64,000 bases of DNA from a virus (lineage: Duplodnaviria; Caudoviricetes), in the IMG/VR virus record IMGVR_UViG_3300038393_000340, positions 6,372 to 70,371 of that record; one strand, given 5' to 3'. The translations under genes and the position numbers were made by a program. The notes below the pieces were generated by a model that saw only the letters and a program-made list of their open reading frames with translations, had not been told where the DNA came from and did not search any database. Of the stretch, positions 1 to 8,160 are shown piece by piece (within the stretch, counting starts at the first letter, position 1; each line of letters starts with the position of its first letter).

Positions 1-182
1 ATCAAGGTCAACATTTTGGACATAGAAATGTGGTGTTCTCGTTCAGTCTCTAGTTGCTTATGCTGCATTCCTATCACGGCCAGCAACTCGTCATGGGTAA
101 GGCTTTCGATGGGTTGGCCGAATACTTTGGCTCCCTTGGAGAATGGCAAATACGAAGCCACAAACCTTTCAGGCAGTGCCAT
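1..182 (-). CDS. hypothetical protein, 3' end runs off the window
   Basis: Manual translation MALPERFVASYLPFSKGAKVFGQPIESLTHDELLAVIGMQHKQLE..., open to the window edge, ATG just after the stop of the upstream gene. Confidence 0.5.
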   Translation of the reverse strand, partial: MALPERFVASYLPFSKGAKVFGQPIESLTHDELLAVIGMQHKQLETEREHHISMSKMLTL

Positions 183-183
183 G

Positions 184-369
184 TCATGCCCCTTTGTTCT
201 TCAGTTTGTTGGCGCGGCGGGCTTCCACCGACTTCTTGGCGGCTGCACGTGCTTCTTCCGGGGTGAATGTGTGTGCCCGCCCCAATGCATGGGCTGTCTT
301 TCCACCCTTGGAGGCAAGTTCACTGTTCAGCAAGCGGCTCATTGCCGCGAATCCACGAGGTAACTTCAT
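184..369 (-). CDS. KGG-motif small stress-protein-like (YciG/GsiB/Con-10-like)
   Basis: GFAAMS...ELASKGGKTAHALGRAHTFTPEEARAAAKKS resembles the KGG general stress protein pattern; AAGGAG RBS. Confidence 0.7.
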   Translation of the reverse strand: MKLPRGFAAMSRLLNSELASKGGKTAHALGRAHTFTPEEARAAAKKSVEARRANKLKNKGA

Positions 370-378
370 TTCTTCTCC

Positions 379-1206
379 TTAATGAATGTTGAATGTAAAG
401 GTGATTCTCTTCTCTTCGTTTCCACGAATATGGATTTCCACGTCCCACAGCTTGGGGGTGTTCAGGTCAAGGAATTGGTACGTCCGGGTCACAACATTGT
501 CTTTCACCATTGACTGGAGATTGATCAGGCGGGCCAACACCAGCCCCATCTTGTGAATGCTGTCGTTAATGAGGTGCTGCATATAGGCGTTCAGTGCGTG
601 CCGCATGAATTTGTCGTCATCCTTGCTCACACCGAGTTGCTGAATTTGTTTTTTCAAAACCGTCAACAGCTTGCCATCTACTTCCTTGATGATGTCGAAG
701 ATCAAGGGGCCAAGGTTGTAGGTATTGCCCTCAAACTCGTGAGGTTGCAGCACAAGAGTGAGAAAGCACTCCTTGCCGTTCACCCAGATACTCACATGAT
801 GATCTTTGGAAAGCTGGTCGTTGTACAAGTCGTAGTCCTGAGGGTAAATAATTGCCTTCCAATGGTCTTTGTCCTTTTCTTCTTGCTCCTCCAGCATCTT
901 ATTGAGCTTTTCCCACGATTGGGGGCTGAAGTAGGCTGAATATCCCTTCTCGGGGAGTTGTTGGAGGTTTGGGTGCGCGCCACTGGTCATGTGGCCCGTC
1001 TTGGAGCCATACAAATCCATGAACACATTATCGTCGGATAATGTGGGTGCAGGACTTAGTGCCTTTTTCTTCTCTGCACTCAGGTCGTAAATCCACTGTG
1101 GTACTGGAGGCTCGTCCAAGAACTTGATCTTGGCATCGGAATCGATTTTCTCCAGAAACTTGAACTTTTTCGGCTTGTTGATCATGACCACTCCTTGGAA
1201 TAACAC
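379..1206 (-). CDS. hypothetical protein
   Basis: 275-aa ORF directly downstream of the promoter at 1214-1242; start may be the ATG of MINKP. Confidence 0.8.
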   Translation of the reverse strand: MLFQGVVMINKPKKFKFLEKIDSDAKIKFLDEPPVPQWIYDLSAEKKKALSPAPTLSDDNVFMDLYGSKTGHMTSGAHPNLQQLPEKGYSAYFSPQSWEKLNKMLEEQEEKDKDHWKAIIYPQDYDLYNDQLSKDHHVSIWVNGKECFLTLVLQPHEFEGNTYNLGPLIFDIIKEVDGKLLTVLKKQIQQLGVSKDDDKFMRHALNAYMQHLINDSIHKMGLVLARLINLQSMVKDNVVTRTYQFLDLNTPKLWDVEIHIRGNEEKRITFTFNIH

Positions 1207-1213
1207 AAGAGCT

Positions 1214-1242
1214 AGTATAAACTAGCTCCAGTGGTTTGTCAA
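1214..1242 (-). promoter_or_regulatory. sigma70-type promoter, class I (TTTGACAAACC)
   Basis: TTGACA-17bp-TATACT on the minus strand. Confidence 0.8.
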
Positions 1243-1267
1243 ACTCATCTTGCAATCAATTGCGCCG

Positions 1268-1639
1268 TCAATGCAGTGCTTCCACCGTCATGAACTTGAT
1301 GGACCATAGCACTTCAAAGTCCGGGTCGTTGCGGCGGACGGTCATCGTGTGGTGGAACTCGTTGTGAGTACCTGACACGAATTCGATGGCTTGATACTCA
1401 CCGTTGGAGTTCACGAACTTCACCAGTGGCTTGGTCAAATGTTGCACCACCGTGTCCTGGTCGTCTTTAATGCTCATCATGGTGTCGAACAGGCTGTTGG
1501 CCTCGTCTTCCGCGATCAGGAGTTGCATCTTGTCACACATGCCCAACGACAAGTCGGTCAAGTCTTCTTCCTTGGTTCCCGCAATTGATTGCAGCGGCAT
1601 CACCAAGCCACCTTTCAGATAAGTATTCATGTTGCTCAC
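1268..1639 (-). CDS. hypothetical protein
   Basis: 123-aa ORF with RBS, 4-nt overlap with the upstream HTH gene. Confidence 0.75.
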   Translation of the reverse strand: MSNMNTYLKGGLVMPLQSIAGTKEEDLTDLSLGMCDKMQLLIAEDEANSLFDTMMSIKDDQDTVVQHLTKPLVKFVNSNGEYQAIEFVSGTHNEFHHTMTVRRNDPDFEVLWSIKFMTVEALH

Positions 1640-1872
1640 GTTTTTGCTCCTTTTCCTCGTTTGGTCTTTGGAACTTCTTGCAGCAATACTTCGGCAGGGA
1701 TGCCCAGCTTGTATAGGTTGGCGGCAATACGCAGGCTGATGTTCTTGCCACCTTTGCCGCGTACCAGATCACTGTAATGACCACCTGAGACATCGATCAA
1801 CTTAGCCATTTCTTCTTGCACTAGGTTGTGTTCGTTGCGGTACAACTCCATGGCTTCGATGATCGATATCAT
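1636..1872 (-). CDS. XRE/Cro-family helix-turn-helix protein
   Basis: YRNEHNLVQEEMAKLIDVSGGHYSDLVRGKG...ISLRIA fits the HTH_3 pattern. Confidence 0.8.
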   Translation of the reverse strand: MISIIEAMELYRNEHNLVQEEMAKLIDVSGGHYSDLVRGKGGKNISLRIAANLYKLGIPAEVLLQEVPKTKRGKGAKT

Positions 1873-2288
1873 TTTGCACCCGTGCTACCAAAACCGCCTT
1901 CCCCGCGTGCCGTCTTGTCCAAGGCTTCTTCAGCCACCAGCACTTGTTCAGGGTCGTGGTAGTCCACGAACAGGGCTTGGGCGATCTTGTCTCCCTCTTC
2001 TACGTAAAAGGCATATTCACCCATATTCATCAGGATAACGCCCACCTCACCCCGGTAATCGGGATCAACGAGGCCCGGCGCGTTCAACACAAATACACCC
2101 TTCTTGAGTGCCAGTCCAGAGCGGGATAGCACCAGCATGGCCTTACCCGATGGCAATGCCCCCTTGATTCCCGTACCGACAAGTCGAGACTGTCCCGGTG
2201 GGATCATGATGGCATGTGCCGCCCGGAGGTCATACCCGGCAGCGTTTTCGGTGGACTTATCCAGCGTCTTGGTGGTCAGGTAGTTCAT
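1869..2288 (-). CDS. dut: dUTPase (trimeric)
   Basis: Motifs AAGYDL, SRSGLALKKG, GLVDPDYRGEV, IAQ, RGEGGFGSTG. Confidence 0.97.
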   Translation of the reverse strand: MNYLTTKTLDKSTENAAGYDLRAAHAIMIPPGQSRLVGTGIKGALPSGKAMLVLSRSGLALKKGVFVLNAPGLVDPDYRGEVGVILMNMGEYAFYVEEGDKIAQALFVDYHDPEQVLVAEEALDKTARGEGGFGSTGAK

Positions 2289-2416
2289 TTTTTCCAGTCC
2301 TCCGGGTTGCTCTTGCTGACTTTGGCCTTTCCAGTCGCCAGCGCCACCAGCAGCAGGACGAAAAAGATAGTGGAAACGATGCCGATGTATTCAAAAACAC
2401 GGTCAAGGAGGGTCAT
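2285..2416 (-). CDS. small membrane protein (43 aa)
   Basis: Manual translation MTLLDRVFEYIGIVSTIFFVLLLVALATGK...; AAGGAGG RBS; ATGA overlaps on both sides. Confidence 0.6.
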   Translation of the reverse strand: MTLLDRVFEYIGIVSTIFFVLLLVALATGKAKVSKSNPEDWKK

Positions 2417-2724
2417 GCTGCCTCCTTCAACGGCACGAGGTTACGGGAGGCTTTCTTGGCCACTTGCCGCGCCACGTATTGCTGGTGTTTTGCGGGGAGA
2501 ACGCCATCAGCGATGCGGTCACGAGCGAACTTGGCGAGGATGTTCAATCCGTACACGCCGCCGTGGTAGCTGGGGTTGTCCTTCTGCTCGTTGCGCAATT
2601 GAGTGCGCGCGTTGGCCACACCGTATTGGTGCTTGGTCTTCCAGTTGATGTTGCGCGTCACTTGATTGGCGATGCTGCGGCGCAGCTTGTAGTCTTCAAA
2701 TTTCTCGTCTTGTTTGCGTTCCAT
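2413..2724 (-). CDS. hypothetical basic protein
   Basis: 103-aa ORF, AAGGAG RBS. Confidence 0.75.
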   Translation of the reverse strand: MERKQDEKFEDYKLRRSIANQVTRNINWKTKHQYGVANARTQLRNEQKDNPSYHGGVYGLNILAKFARDRIADGVLPAKHQQYVARQVAKKASRNLVPLKEAA

Positions 2725-2739
2725 GTGTTTCTCCTTTGG

Positions 2740-3036
2740 TTAGTTTGCTGCTTTTGCAGCATCGGATAATTCTTGGTCTTGCAGATAGCGTTCGATTGCT
2801 GTGTCTGCAATCTGACGCAGTGCTGACATCTTGGTCAGACCGGCCACCCACATACGATCAAGTTCCTCGTCTGTGAGTGTGCTTTTGGGGTATTCCTTCT
2901 CTGGCTTGATGCGGTACTTCATACCACTGTCCCACGCAGGGGTGAGGGCATCAGACCATCCTCCCAGGCTGAAGACTTGGATTTTAGCTCCATTGGCCCA
3001 GGCGATGATCAGATCAGCGTGCTTGTGTTTCGGCAT
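2740..3036 (-). CDS. phage hypothetical protein, tandem paralog 3 of 3
   Basis: KHKHADLIIAWANGAKIQ...W...P.W....YRIKPEK; similar to the two upstream ORFs. Confidence 0.85.
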   Translation of the reverse strand: MPKHKHADLIIAWANGAKIQVFSLGGWSDALTPAWDSGMKYRIKPEKEYPKSTLTDEELDRMWVAGLTKMSALRQIADTAIERYLQDQELSDAAKAAN

Positions 3037-3316
3037 TGTTTTTCTCCTGTTCTTTTACATAGTGTTGGATTGCCGTGTCCGCCACCGAACGTAAGGACAC
3101 CTCAAAATGGTCACTGCCACCCGAATGATAGTATATGTTTCTCAATTCTTGATCAGTCATGCTGGTGACGGGTTTGGGCCTTACTCTATAAGCGGTGTCC
3201 TCCTCCCAAAGAGGGTACTTCGCAACAGGGGTCCACACACCGGGGCGTTGTTCGTATTCAATTTGTTCACCTTCCGCCCACGCGATGATCAACTCTGCGT
3301 GTTTATGCCGCGCCAT
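3014..3316 (-). CDS. phage hypothetical protein, tandem paralog 2 of 3
   Basis: Start re-called at MARHKHAELIIAWAEG (CAGGAGAAAAACAATG RBS). Confidence 0.8.
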   Translation of the reverse strand: MARHKHAELIIAWAEGEQIEYEQRPGVWTPVAKYPLWEEDTAYRVRPKPVTSMTDQELRNIYYHSGGSDHFEVSLRSVADTAIQHYVKEQEKNNAETQAR

Positions 3317-3809
3317 TGTTTTTCTCCTGGTCTTGAATGTAACGTTTGATTCCGGCGTTGACCACCCGCCGCAGGCTTTGTGTGACTCCACCTGACTGGT
3401 TCCATAGTAACGTGAGTTCTTGGTCCGTGAGGGTGGTTTCGGGGTAAGTCTTCTCAGGACTAATTCTGTATTCACAGCTTTCGGACCACGAAGGACTGTC
3501 CCCTATGTAATCCCATGAAAGTGGGCCAGTCCTGACTTGAATTGCAACGCCATCCGCCCATGCCTTGATGAATTCCGCGTGTTTGTGTGGCTTCGCCATA
3601 TTTTTCTCCTTTTCACGTTTTTCTAAGGCTTCGATCAGCTTGCTCATGGCCAGCGTCCTATTCCTGAATTGACTTCTTTCGCTGTTGCAAGTGGCTTCAA
3701 TGCCCGTTGGTAAGTGAACTATACGCACCCCATTGTCCTGTCTTGACAGCCACCCTTGGGGTTTGGTGATGTAGGTGCTGACTTGGATGTCGTCAGGTTC
3801 AAACAGCAT
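3303..3809 (-). CDS. release-factor-like domain (no GGQ) in frame with tandem paralog 1 of 3
   Basis: First 70 aa PDDIQVSTY...VRIVHLPTGIEATCNSERSQFRNRTLAMSKL match the RF-1 domain; second RBS and ATG at 3599 (MAKPHKHAEFIKAWADG). Confidence 0.8.
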   Translation of the reverse strand: MLFEPDDIQVSTYITKPQGWLSRQDNGVRIVHLPTGIEATCNSERSQFRNRTLAMSKLIEALEKREKEKNMAKPHKHAEFIKAWADGVAIQVRTGPLSWDYIGDSPSWSESCEYRISPEKTYPETTLTDQELTLLWNQSGGVTQSLRRVVNAGIKRYIQDQEKNNGAA

Positions 3810-3993
3810 TCCCTTCCTCCACCAGTGAGTCAACATACGTGCAAAAGGCTTTCTTGGTGTCTTCCAGCTTTTGTTGGTGGCGCAGGAAGTTGCTGGCAAG
3901 GTCTGACAGTGCGAGGTCATGTGCAGCAACCGCCCACGCTTGGGCCAGTATCTTGAGGGTTACTGCTTGTTCAGCGGTCATGTAACCTCCCAT
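3799..3993 (-). CDS. hypothetical protein
   Basis: 64-aa ORF tiling between its neighbours. Confidence 0.6.
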   Translation of the reverse strand: MGGYMTAEQAVTLKILAQAWAVAAHDLALSDLASNFLRHQQKLEDTKKAFCTYVDSLVEEGNAV

Positions 3994-4162
3994 CAGGACG
4001 GCGACGAATCACGGCTTGGCAGAAATGTGCGCCGCCTCCACCCCCACTGCCAAACGGGAAGCCATACAACTCCCAGCCTTCTTGGAGGCTGTCATTTACT
4101 TCGTCAGTCAGTAGGTCACTGTTAGAAGCGCTAATCACCTTGTATTCATAGTCTTTGTTCAT
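3971..4162 (-). CDS. DUF1737-like small protein
   Basis: YKVISASNSDLLTDEVNDSLQEGWELYGFP...FCQAVIR resembles DUF1737. Confidence 0.65.
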   Translation of the reverse strand: MNKDYEYKVISASNSDLLTDEVNDSLQEGWELYGFPFGSGGGGGAHFCQAVIRRRPDGRLHDR

Positions 4163-4166
4163 TTCT

Positions 4167-4349
4167 TCACTCCTTGATTTGGGTCATGACAGCTTGCACG
4201 AATTTATCCCTACGTTGCTTGGCCACTTCGTACCATTTGTTCAGGCTAAAGTCGTAGTGTGAGGTTACTGAGGATATGCCAGCTTGTTCCTTGGCACTTG
4301 CCACTGCGTCAGCTAACTTGATGAGTTCGATTGCTTCTTCTTTGGTCAT
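4167..4349 (-). CDS. hypothetical protein
   Basis: Start re-called at MTKEEAIEL with AAGGAGTG RBS, downstream of the promoter at 4380-4408. Confidence 0.7.
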   Translation of the reverse strand: MTKEEAIELIKLADAVASAKEQAGISSVTSHYDFSLNKWYEVAKQRRDKFVQAVMTQIKE

Positions 4350-4379
4350 TTTCTTCACTCCTTGAAGTTCTATATCCAC

Positions 4380-4408
4380 ACTGTAATGTGGTTGGAACGG
4401 TTTGTCAA
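4380..4408 (-). promoter_or_regulatory. sigma70-type promoter, class I
   Basis: TTTGACAAACC..., TTGACA-17bp-TACAGT. Confidence 0.7.
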
Positions 4409-4442
4409 ATGCCTTTTGCAATCAATTGCGTAGAAACGACAG

Positions 4443-4850
4443 TCAGTCCCGCAAGAATTCTTCATACCCCACGTGGATCATGCCGTGCTTGGCTATGAAT
4501 TCCTTTTCTGGGGATACCTTCCTTACGAAGTCTCGGTGTTGCTTGTACTCGGGAGAGGTGTTGTCCCACACCTTGTGATGGTACTTGACGCCATTTAGCT
4601 CATAGGAGTCGTCCAACTTGGGAATCAGGTCGGCCAACCTCTTGGCTTCGGCTTGATAGTTGGCATAGTGGGCATCCCATTCGGTCTCCGTCACCTCGTG
4701 GTCACACACATACAGGCCGTTGATACGGTAATCGGAATAGCTGCCTTCTGAGAACGCATAGAAGTATAAGCCGTTGAGACGTGATAGTAGGTTAGGAATT
4801 TGTATTCTCCTTGCACACACGCAGGGTGCGGAAGTCGAATAGGTGATCAT
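4443..4850 (-). CDS. hypothetical protein
   Basis: ORF with GGAGG RBS before MITYS; start uncertain. Confidence 0.6.
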   Translation of the reverse strand: MITYSTSAPCVCARRIQIPNLLSRLNGLYFYAFSEGSYSDYRINGLYVCDHEVTETEWDAHYANYQAEAKRLADLIPKLDDSYELNGVKYHHKVWDNTSPEYKQHRDFVRKVSPEKEFIAKHGMIHVGYEEFLRD

Positions 4851-5070
4851 TACCCCTCCGGCGTGTTTGCTCTTGAAGGTCAGCACCACACTCTATCCAC
4901 GAATTCATGAGTTTGGATTTGAACTGGTAGACGAGTTCTTCTTGTTCCTTGGGTTGAGACACGGCGGCGTCGAACTCCACCAGCAAGTGAGCAAAGGCAG
5001 GGTCCCCATCTTTCCTGACAGCCTCTACGATACGTAGTGCCACGTCCTGTGCAGCCAAGTTCATATTCAT
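4792..5070 (-). CDS. hypothetical protein
   Basis: 92-aa ORF, AAGGAG RBS. Confidence 0.7.
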   Translation of the reverse strand: MNMNLAAQDVALRIVEAVRKDGDPAFAHLLVEFDAAVSQPKEQEELVYQFKSKLMNSWIECGADLQEQTRRRGNDHLFDFRTLRVCKENTNS

Positions 5071-5080
5071 TTCTTTCTCC

Positions 5081-5263
5081 TTATGTGTACTTGTGTAGTA
5101 TCTCGGATATCATCACTGACGCGAAGCCTATCAGTCCTAGGAGCATCAACAGTGCCGCCACCACATACCATTTCTCTTTGGGGTTATTCCTGTAGTCCGC
5201 CACCAGATTGATGATAAATCCAAGGAATAGCAGTCCTAGGCATATTTCTACTAGTAATCTCAT
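5081..5263 (-). CDS. small two-TM membrane protein
   Basis: Two hydrophobic stretches in 60 aa. Confidence 0.65.
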   Translation of the reverse strand: MRLLVEICLGLLFLGFIINLVADYRNNPKEKWYVVAALLMLLGLIGFASVMISEILHKYT

Positions 5264-5472
5264 AGTGTATTCTTGGCTTCCGACAGATGAGTTTGCGCAA
5301 TTGATTGCAGAATGTCTCCAGCCAGTTCTAGGCTCTCTGCCTTCCCTACCATTCCTTCTGTTCTTTGTTGTTTGGCTACCTCATATATCGCCGCCGCCAA
5401 CTCTTGGACTTCTCTTTGTTTGGCTAGGGCATCGAAGCCTTCCGTCAGTTCTTTGAAGAGGTTTCGGTTCAT
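5260..5472 (-). CDS. hypothetical protein
   Basis: Start re-called at MNRNLFKELTEG (GGAGG RBS, ATGA overlap). Confidence 0.65.
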   Translation of the reverse strand: MNRNLFKELTEGFDALAKQREVQELAAAIYEVAKQQRTEGMVGKAESLELAGDILQSIAQTHLSEAKNTL

Positions 5473-5600
5473 TTGGTCCTCCGCGACTCCCTGCTCAGAC
5501 TCACGTCTTTGTCTGTGCGGTAGTGCACTGTCTTGAGGTGTTTGATCTTTTCCCACTTCTTGGTGATGAAGTATTGGCCTACCCCATAGTGCAATGACAT
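5469..5600 (-). CDS. small hypothetical protein (43 aa)
   Basis: Manual translation MSLHYGVGQYFITKKWEKIKHLKTVHYRTDKDVSLSRESRRTK. Confidence 0.4.
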   Translation of the reverse strand: MSLHYGVGQYFITKKWEKIKHLKTVHYRTDKDVSLSRESRRTK

Positions 5601-5619
5601 CCGCCCGCCGTAGTAGCCT

Positions 5620-5898
5620 TCACGTTTGTTCCTGCTCATGGCGGCTCCTTTTTCTGTTCAGCACTTCATCCATGAATTCCTGAATAAGTTCCAGTCCCGT
5701 CACTTCAATAGGGAAGTTTTCAAGGACTTCATAGTTGTGTAGTTCTCCGGACTTGCTCTTTGGGGTTACTTTAGGAATAGTGGTGCCCCGCAAACTCATG
5801 AATCTGGCTACCCGAAGGTACTTGACAGGCTTACCATTTACGGTAGTGCCTTTGGCCAACTTGCCGCCATACCATCCTTCCCGCTTATTTCTGCTCAT
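5620..5898 (-). CDS. hypothetical protein
   Basis: 92-aa ORF, AAGGAG RBS. Confidence 0.7.
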   Translation of the reverse strand: MSRNKREGWYGGKLAKGTTVNGKPVKYLRVARFMSLRGTTIPKVTPKSKSGELHNYEVLENFPIEVTGLELIQEFMDEVLNRKRSRHEQEQT

Positions 5899-6055
5899 TT
5901 TGTTTCTCCTTCCAGCTTGGTGGCATGATGTCTAAAGCACTCTTCATCCCATCGTTGTGTCCTGATATCCAGCCTAAAACTAGGCCCGCCATGAAGCAGA
6001 TCACGCCCACAATTAGCGTCACCAGCAGCCACATTGAGTGATCATCGGTAATCAT
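5885..6055 (-). CDS. small membrane protein (56 aa)
   Basis: Manual translation MITDDHSMWLLVTLIVGVICFMAGLVLGWISG...; AAGGAG RBS. Confidence 0.6.
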   Translation of the reverse strand: MITDDHSMWLLVTLIVGVICFMAGLVLGWISGHNDGMKSALDIMPPSWKEKQNEQK

Positions 6056-6064
6056 GTTTTCTCC

Positions 6065-6298
6065 TTATATCGTCTTTCCATCATGTTTCTCTTCCTGTTT
6101 GATGGGTGTACAGTGGAAATCGTTGTCCTTGATTTCGCACTTGGTGTGGCGGATTTCGTCGTAGTAGTTGTTGACCCCATCCAGGAGGATGAAGCCTTGG
6201 TCTATGTTTGGTTCTGTGGCTTTCTCCACCAGCAGTAACATGCATGCGAACACCAGCAGAAACCAAAGCACTATTTCTCTTGTTTCTTTGTGGATCAT
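6065..6298 (-). CDS. small membrane or secreted protein
   Basis: Start re-called at MIHKE; N-terminal hydrophobic helix. Confidence 0.6.
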   Translation of the reverse strand: MIHKETREIVLWFLLVFACMLLLVEKATEPNIDQGFILLDGVNNYYDEIRHTKCEIKDNDFHCTPIKQEEKHDGKTI

Positions 6299-6327
6299 GG
6301 TGGACTCCTGCGCAATTGATTGCAACG

Positions 6328-6540
6328 TTAGAAGTACTTCCGGACCAGTAACTTCAGCCTGCGGTTGATGGCCTTGATGACCGCCGCCGTAGCGCTGCCC
6401 GCATAGCTGTAGAGGTAGACTCCATCCCGATCATGGGTCACACCCTTGAGTTGTAATTCCTCATTGGTGTGGGGGTCGATGATGTGAATGTCGCGGTCGG
6501 GGTACGTCAACAATATGTTGGCAAGAGTTCGTGCTCGCAT
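6328..6540 (-). CDS. hypothetical protein
   Basis: 70-aa ORF, AAGGAGTG RBS. Confidence 0.7.
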   Translation of the reverse strand: MRARTLANILLTYPDRDIHIIDPHTNEELQLKGVTHDRDGVYLYSYAGSATAAVIKAINRRLKLLVRKYF

Positions 6541-6613
6541 GGTGGTATCACTCCTTGATTTGCGTTAATGAAGAATCCCTGGAATCCTCGTATTTCAGGG
6601 GTTTTTGATGGGT

Positions 6614-6988
6614 TTAGCCCATGTCTTCTTGCTTGCAACCACCGAAGAATCCGCCCCCGCCAAAACGCTTGGAGAGGTGCTTGTTGGCTTCGGCCCTAAC
6701 ATCGATAGCAGCCGTGTTATGGTCGATGTTAATCAGTGCCGGTGTGGTCGGGCACGGCTTGCATTCCACACCTTCAGGCAGACGGCCAAACGCTGTCAGG
6801 CAGCGGATCATCATAGCCGTTGTGTGGGCGTCCAAGGTGTTGTCCAAGGCCAGGGCCACAAGAGGCTTGCCGGTCACCACGTCGGTAACGACTTCGATGC
6901 GGGAACCGTTCAGGTTCTCCGTCAGTCGGTCCAGCAGTTCTTGGACCATGGAGGTTTCTTTGAGGGTGTCGTTCATGTTGGTTTTCAT
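6614..6988 (-). CDS. hypothetical protein
   Basis: 124-aa ORF. Confidence 0.7.
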   Translation of the reverse strand: MKTNMNDTLKETSMVQELLDRLTENLNGSRIEVVTDVVTGKPLVALALDNTLDAHTTAMMIRCLTAFGRLPEGVECKPCPTTPALINIDHNTAAIDVRAEANKHLSKRFGGGGFFGGCKQEDMG

Positions 6989-7028
6989 CTTGGGTTAGGA
7001 AAAAACTCACTCCTTGAGTAGTTCTCGT

Positions 7029-7193
7029 CTAATCAAACAGTGCTACACGTTCACGAAGCATCTTATCCTTGAATTGCCGGTAGGTCATGACACCCCGCCC
7101 CCCTGTTTGGAACTTGGTGGCCAAGTATTTCTCATACCGTCGCCTCAAGAATGCTTCTATCTCTGGTGTTACCTCCACCGCTCGCTTACCCAT
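7029..7193 (-). CDS. small hypothetical protein (54 aa)
   Basis: Manual translation MGKRAVEVTPEIEAFLRRRYEKYLATKFQTGGRGVMTYRQFKDKMLRERVALFD; GGAGG RBS. Confidence 0.55.
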   Translation of the reverse strand: MGKRAVEVTPEIEAFLRRRYEKYLATKFQTGGRGVMTYRQFKDKMLRERVALFD

Positions 7194-7245
7194 GATTTCC
7201 TCCAATAAAGGTTACATCAGGGCAATTCTAGCAGTGTGGGGAGCC

Positions 7246-7515
7246 TCAGCGCCACATTGGTTTGTAAATCTTGGCTTCCCGCTCCGTCAGCATTGGATTG
7301 AGCTTCTTTTTGTCGCTCGTCACCAATAGCACCCGCTGGGTCTTGGCGTCGTACTTGATGACTCGGTACGACTGACCGTTGCCACGGTGCACTAACATGA
7401 GGGTTCCCATTTTACCCGTTAAGAATTGTCCTAGGGCATCAAAAATGGAATCTTCCCTCTGTTCCAATTCAGGTTGGGGATTGGGTGGCTTTTGAAATTT
7501 GATCTTCAGTCCCAT
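7246..7515 (-). CDS. hypothetical protein
   Basis: ORF; the listed TTG start overlaps the promoter, so the true start is probably a few codons downstream, after AAGGAGTG. Confidence 0.65.
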   Translation of the reverse strand: MGLKIKFQKPPNPQPELEQREDSIFDALGQFLTGKMGTLMLVHRGNGQSYRVIKYDAKTQRVLLVTSDKKKLNPMLTEREAKIYKPMWR

Positions 7516-7518
7516 TTC
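7490..7518 (-). promoter_or_regulatory. sigma70-type promoter, class I
   Basis: TTTGACAAACC..., TTGACA-17bp-TATAGT. Confidence 0.8.
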
Positions 7519-7609
7519 CGCACTCCTTGCAGTAATTCGCTACATTCTTACTATAAACCGTCTATTTGGGTTTGTCAAACTAATTCTCAAAATGTCGCTT
7601 TTAGGAAAC

Positions 7610-7634
7610 AAAAAAGCCAGCGGCTAGGCTGGCT
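7610..7634 (-). terminator. rho-independent terminator
   Basis: AGCCAGC/GCTGGCT stem followed by a U-tract on the minus strand. Confidence 0.7.
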
Positions 7635-7640
7635 ATTGTC

Positions 7641-7856
7641 TTATGCGTACACGGGTTCTCCGGGCGGCAGGATAAGATACCCTCTTGGGTCCGACCCCAC
7701 ATCACCCGCCAAACGACGCTGGCCTGTCCATGGATTGAATAACCATGCCGTGTCCCATCCATGATAATCTCGCCACTGCTTGGCATGCGAAGGGTAGGGT
7801 TTTTCCGTGCCTTCAGCCGGATCGTACTTCATCAGGGTGTCTTGGTGCTTGTCCAT
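7641..7856 (-). CDS. hypothetical protein
   Basis: 71-aa ORF with RBS. Confidence 0.7.
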   Translation of the reverse strand: MDKHQDTLMKYDPAEGTEKPYPSHAKQWRDYHGWDTAWLFNPWTGQRRLAGDVGSDPRGYLILPPGEPVYA

Positions 7857-7863
7857 GATTACC

Positions 7864-8154
7864 TTAGACGTTTCTTGGTTTGTATTGGTCTGACAAGGAT
7901 TTCAACTCTTGCCACATGGCCCATGGTTCTGTGGGGCAGGGAAAGTAGTGACCACTCTTCTGGTCGATGTAGATCAATCCGAGTTGGGTCAACTTGGCAA
8001 CGATGCCGTGTGGGGTTCTCCCCATCCGGTCGCACAGGGCTTTCAGATCGAAGCCATGCATGAACAGGTGCTTGAGTTGATCCTGATCCTCCGTGGACCA
8101 CACCTTTCCTTGGTTTGGGGCAATTAGAGCCTGTCCCTGCTCTGTAGTTTCCAT
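7864..8154 (-). CDS. Myb/homeodomain-like HTH protein (putative)
   Basis: WSTEDQDQLKHLFMHGFDLKALCDRMGRTPHGIVAKL fits W..E.d..L...G.....IA..lgRt..aI..rL. Confidence 0.55.
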   Translation of the reverse strand: METTEQGQALIAPNQGKVWSTEDQDQLKHLFMHGFDLKALCDRMGRTPHGIVAKLTQLGLIYIDQKSGHYFPCPTEPWAMWQELKSLSDQYKPRNV

Positions 8155-8160
8155 TAAACA

